From: an uncultured Puniceicoccaceae bacterium
Lineage (GTDB): Bacteria; Verrucomicrobiota; Verrucomicrobiia; Opitutales; Oceanipulchritudinaceae
Direction of reading: 5' to 3'
DNA length: 64,000 nt
Assembly: GCA_963933835.1 (NCBI GenBank)
Contig: CAWVVV010000001.1
Coordinates: forward strand, 224,001 to 288,000
Shown here: positions 60,456 through 64,000 of the stretch, piece by piece
How positions within the stretch are numbered: the stretch's first letter is position 1
Layout: every line of letters starts with the position of its first letter
Program-made: the position numbers and the translations under genes
The notes under the pieces: model-generated
What the model was told of the DNA's origin: nothing
Seen by the model: only the letters and a program-made list of their open reading frames with translations
Database searches by the model: none

Positions 60456-60911
60456 TCAGAAATCTTTTTGCTCTGTGTCGAGGATCAGGGTCACCGGTCC
60501 ATCGTTCTGAGCCTCGATATCCATCTGCGCGCCAAATGAACCGGTTGCCACTCGACGCCCGACCGCAGCCTCAAGCTTTGTAACAAATTCCTCATACATC
60601 GGAATAGCTTTCTCAGGGCGCGCTGCCCGATTGAAAGATGGCCGCGATCCTTTCTTCAAATTTCCAAAAAGCGTGAACTGGCTGATCACCATCAGCTCCC
60701 CCTCGATATCAACCACGCTGCGATTCATCCGCCCTTCGGTATCCTCAAAACAGCGGATCTGCGGAATTTTGCGAACGAGCCACTCCAAGTCCTCCGGCTC
60801 ATCCGATTCAGCAACGCCGAGAAAGATCAAGAGCCCGCGGCCGATCGCATCCTTCGGTTCCCCATCCGCAGCTACCGCCGCCGAACTCACTCGCTGCACA
60901 ACTGCTCGCAT
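60456..60911 (-). CDS. dtd: D-aminoacyl-tRNA deacylase
   Basis: MRAVVQRV, SQFTL and NDGPVT motifs. Confidence 0.96.
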   Translation of the reverse strand: MRAVVQRVSSAAVAADGEPKDAIGRGLLIFLGVAESDEPEDLEWLVRKIPQIRCFEDTEGRMNRSVVDIEGELMVISQFTLFGNLKKGSRPSFNRAARPEKAIPMYEEFVTKLEAAVGRRVATGSFGAQMDIEAQNDGPVTLILDTEQKDF

Positions 60912-60975
60912 TTCCATCAATTCATGCACGAGAAAGATTTGTGCAAGATTGGACTCCATCCTAAGTTTTCAAAAG

Positions 60976-61012
60976 TATTAACGCTTGACGATATTAACGA
61001 GCAACGTATACA
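60976..61012 (+). promoter_or_regulatory. Putative higBA promoter with tandem operator sites
   Basis: TTGACG (-35) at 60985 and TATACA (-10-like) at 61007; TATTAACG repeated at 60976 and 60992. Confidence 0.55.
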
Positions 61013-61019
61013 CATATGA

Positions 61020-61301
61020 ATGATCGCAGATTTTGCCTGTGATGAGACAAAACAAATCTATCTTGGCCGCTACGCTCGTAGGCTGCCGAATCAGATTCAT
61101 CGAACAGCGAGAAGAAAGCTCTTATATCTCGACGAAGCCCTTGATATCAATGACTTACGCTCACCCCCGGGCAATCGACTGGAGCAAATCCACGGAGACC
61201 GAGAGGGACAGTGGAGCATTCGGATCAATGAACAATGGAGACTTTGTTTTGTTTGGAACGGGCACAACGCATCCTCAGTAGAAATCATCGACTACCACTA
61301 A
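61020..61301 (+). CDS. higB: HigB (RelE/ParE family) toxin
   Basis: DLRSPPGNRLE..GDREGQWSIRINEQWRLCF...DYH. Confidence 0.93.
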   Translation: MIADFACDETKQIYLGRYARRLPNQIHRTARRKLLYLDEALDINDLRSPPGNRLEQIHGDREGQWSIRINEQWRLCFVWNGHNASSVEIIDYH

Positions 61302-61307
61302 AGCACC

Positions 61308-61607
61308 ATGAAAAGTTTAATGTGTATCCACCCTGGCGAAGTGCTTCTGTCTGACTTTATGGAACCGTATGGGCTCAGCCAATATCGTGTCGCAAAGGAC
61401 ATCGGAGTCCCTCCCATTCGGATCTGTCAAATCGTCAATGGGAAGCGTGCCATCACGGCTGATACCGCTTTGCGCCTGTCGAAGTATTTTGGAACCTCGG
61501 CCGAGGTATGGATGAGGCTTCAAGCTCGCTATGATCTCGAAGTCGCAGAGAAAGCAACGGGCAAGAAGATCAAGGGCGAGGTAACAGCATTCGTCGTAGT
61601 AAGCTGA
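61308..61607 (+). CDS. higA: HigA antitoxin (Xre HTH)
   Basis: IHPGEVL, GKRAITADTALRL and WMRLQARYDL motifs. Confidence 0.94.
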   Translation: MKSLMCIHPGEVLLSDFMEPYGLSQYRVAKDIGVPPIRICQIVNGKRAITADTALRLSKYFGTSAEVWMRLQARYDLEVAEKATGKKIKGEVTAFVVVS

Positions 61608-61645
61608 TTTCGATTCAATACAAGTTGTTCGGTAGGGATCACAAC

Positions 61646-61723
61646 TGGAGGGACCGGCTCCCGTCGGTCCGCTGCTGAAATACCATAGCCCACGCCGCGG
61701 ACAGGCAGGAGCCGATCCCTGCA
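61646..61723. repeat. REP/REPIN-like long inverted repeat, copy 2 (degenerate)
   Basis: TGGAGGGACCGGCTCCCGTCGGTCCGC, a 24-nt spacer, then GCGGACAGGCAGGAGCCGATCCCTGCA. Confidence 0.8.
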
Positions 61724-61766
61724 TCACTGCTTTTCAGCGCTCTGAAGAGACGGACATAGAGGCATG

Positions 61767-63164
61767 CTACCTTGGCGATAGCTCCGAAGGCCTACCAAGA
61801 CAGTAACGTAGCGCATCTTCTAGATTTTCATGACGCCAGTCATAGCCGTGGTCTTTTAACTTTTGCGGAACGAGATGGAGATCGGCCAGCAGGGTTTCGT
61901 TCGCGAGGTCATTACCAAAGAGGGTTCGAACAACTCCAGCGGGCAGCGGAATGATGGCCGGACGGCGAAGGACTTTACCCAGGGTTTTGGCGAATTCCTT
62001 TTGGGTGGGCACATGAGGAGCGACGACATTGATCGGCCCCACATAGCGTTCGTCTTCGATCGCTTGCAGAAAGACATCGAGGGCATCGTGCAGGCCGATC
62101 CACGAGAAGGCTTGCTCGCCAGTGCCAATAGGGCCGCCCGCTCCGATTATAAAAGCTGGGAGCATCTTCTTGAGTGCGCCACCACTTGGCGTGAGGACAA
62201 CACCCAGTCGTAAATGTGCGACACGAATACCGGCATCTCGGGCGGCATCCGCACTGCTCTCACAGGCCTCAACGACTTGAGACAGAAAACCATCACCTTT
62301 AGGGCCCGTTTCATCATGCGGATTACCATCGAGTGGATAAGCATTTGCACCGGACGCACAGATCAATGCCTTCGGCGGATGCGTCATCTTCGCCATCGTC
62401 TCAGCTAGGAGACGTGTCCCCAGCTCTCTGCTACGCAATATTTCTTCACGATAAGATTTTGACCAACGCTTGTCCGCGACCCCAGCACCTGCGAGATGGA
62501 CAACAGCATCAACACCTTCGAGCGCAGCCTCGTCGATAGTGCCTGTTTGAGGACTCCAGAAATACTGGTCGGTGTGATTCGGTGACCGCGTCAGACCTCG
62601 CACACGATAGCCGAGAGATTGCAATAAGGCCGTAAGCTCACGACCAACCAATCCACTGCTGCCTGTAATCAGGATCGTGCCCTCTCGAGGAAATCGCTGC
62701 GCCCAGTGCCGCTCGGCATCGAGGCGGGTAACCTCGTGACGATACCAGAAAAGCCGTTCGAGTTCTTTTCGAGCGAAACCACGACCCAAGGCAGCCCCGA
62801 GCCAGCCCAATGGCAGCCGATAAGTGATTTCGTCTGATAGAACCGACGTGTTCGGTTCTTCCGTTTTGAGGAAGGTGTGGACGTGTTCCCATTTCGGAAA
62901 AGGCCCATGAAGAGCTGAATCAGAAAAGCCCTCTCCTACTTTGACGTCAAAATGCTCTGCCACCCATGGCCGTCGAATGGGCCCTAGCTTAAATTCTAAA
63001 ACTGCTTGGGTTCCATCGATGATTTCATCGGGGGCGAGTTGCAGCGTCACATCTTGCCATGGCGGCGTGAGACGATTGAACGCTCCGCGCATGGTGTGCC
63101 ACTTGAAGAGGTCCGCGGGCGAGACGGTCACTCTAGATTGAAACTTGGCTTTAAAGTCACTCAC
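61767..63164 (-). CDS. SRPBCC domain plus TIGR01777 (YfcH-like) epimerase-family oxidoreductase
   Basis: N-terminal RLTPPW...GPFPKWEHVH; ITGSSGLVG, VHLAGAGVADKRW and LRLGVVL motifs. Confidence 0.88.
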   Translation of the reverse strand: MSDFKAKFQSRVTVSPADLFKWHTMRGAFNRLTPPWQDVTLQLAPDEIIDGTQAVLEFKLGPIRRPWVAEHFDVKVGEGFSDSALHGPFPKWEHVHTFLKTEEPNTSVLSDEITYRLPLGWLGAALGRGFARKELERLFWYRHEVTRLDAERHWAQRFPREGTILITGSSGLVGRELTALLQSLGYRVRGLTRSPNHTDQYFWSPQTGTIDEAALEGVDAVVHLAGAGVADKRWSKSYREEILRSRELGTRLLAETMAKMTHPPKALICASGANAYPLDGNPHDETGPKGDGFLSQVVEACESSADAARDAGIRVAHLRLGVVLTPSGGALKKMLPAFIIGAGGPIGTGEQAFSWIGLHDALDVFLQAIEDERYVGPINVVAPHVPTQKEFAKTLGKVLRRPAIIPLPAGVVRTLFGNDLANETLLADLHLVPQKLKDHGYDWRHENLEDALRYCLGRPSELSPR

Positions 63165-64000
63165 GCGGTTTCCATTCCCTTCAATTCCTGCAGGGCTTTC
63201 AAGGCCCGATCACGCCCAGCGCTGTGCTCGATAATTGGATACGGATAATTCTCCCCCAGCGATACGCCCCATGCTTTTAACTGAGTCTCAGAGGCCTCCC
63301 AAGGGCAATGAATGAACTTCGCCGGCACCTTGGAAAGCTCTGGCACCCAACGGCGAACATAGTCGCCCTCGGTATCGAATTTCTTCCCTTGGATAATGGG
63401 GTTGAAAATCCTGAAATAGGGAGCTGCATCTGCTCCACATCCACCTGCCCATTGCCAGCCAAGCGAGTTACTCGCAAGGTCAGCATCGACGAGTGTATCC
63501 CAAAACCACATGGCACCCTCCTGCCACGGAAGAAGAAGGTGCTTCACTAGAAGTGATGCGACGATCATACGCACGCGATTGTGCATCCAGCCCGTAGTCC
63601 AGAGCTGGCGCATACCAGCATCTACGATCGGATAGCCGGTCTGCCCTTTTTCCCATGCCTGCAAATCCTCCGGACACTCTTTCCAAGGGAACTTCTCATA
63701 CTTAGCCTGCAATGGCTCGATTGTTGTATGAGGAAAATGGAACAAAATATGATAGGCAAATTCGCGCCACAGAATCTCACTAAAGAAGACACAGCCACCC
63801 TTCTCTTCCCGCTTCGCTTCCACTCGTTCAGCAATTTCGCGCGGACCGATTTGTCCAAAGGCCAAATAGGGAGACAAGGCCGAGGTTCCCTTCAGCCATG
63901 GAAGATTTCTATCGTCCGCATACCCCTCGATTGATTCATCAATAAATCGATCTAAGTTCGCAAGGGCTCCCTCCCGTGTCGGCTGCCATGCTTTGTAAAA
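63161..64000 (-). CDS. phrB: Deoxyribodipyrimidine photolyase (5' part outside the window)
   Basis: Frame is open to the window edge; TSALSPYL.FG, GQTGYPIVDAGMRQL..TGWMHNRVRM and DAAPYFRIFNP motifs. Confidence 0.93.
   Translation of the reverse strand, partial: FYKAWQPTREGALANLDRFIDESIEGYADDRNLPWLKGTSALSPYLAFGQIGPREIAERVEAKREEKGGCVFFSEILWREFAYHILFHFPHTTIEPLQAKYEKFPWKECPEDLQAWEKGQTGYPIVDAGMRQLWTTGWMHNRVRMIVASLLVKHLLLPWQEGAMWFWDTLVDADLASNSLGWQWAGGCGADAAPYFRIFNPIIQGKKFDTEGDYVRRWVPELSKVPAKFIHCPWEASETQLKAWGVSLGENYPYPIIEHSAGRDRALKALQELKGMETA

Overview
Bacterial chromosomal window made up mostly of housekeeping genes. The gene set and protein style (PEP-CTERM protein, oleC/oleD, PPDK plus PEPC, Lys-rich N-terminal tails) suggest Verrucomicrobiota, probably Opitutales; this is an inference, as no marker gene was searched. 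It holds about 55 intact CDS, including rapA, aguA/aguB, ppc, nuoA, dnaG-rpoD, htpG, ppk1, thrH, tatC, ppdK, rlmN, metF, oleD/oleC, cysJ, lgt, gcvT, dapF, leuC, dtd, higBA and a partial photolyase. It also has one tRNA-Ser(CGA), several intrinsic terminators, two TetR operator palindromes and two REP-like long inverted repeats. No CRISPR array, prophage or transposase was seen. Standout observations: (1) a DapF homologue with Ser at both catalytic Cys positions; (2) a PTS EIIA-diadenylate cyclase fusion; (3) an oleC-oleD-thioesterase-deacetylase cluster with no adjacent oleA/oleB; (4) at least seven disrupted loci. Two of these are chimeras joining the head of one gene to the tail of an unrelated gene, while core genes stay intact. 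That pattern is consistent with ongoing genome erosion, though assembly error must be excluded. All calls are from motif recognition by eye.
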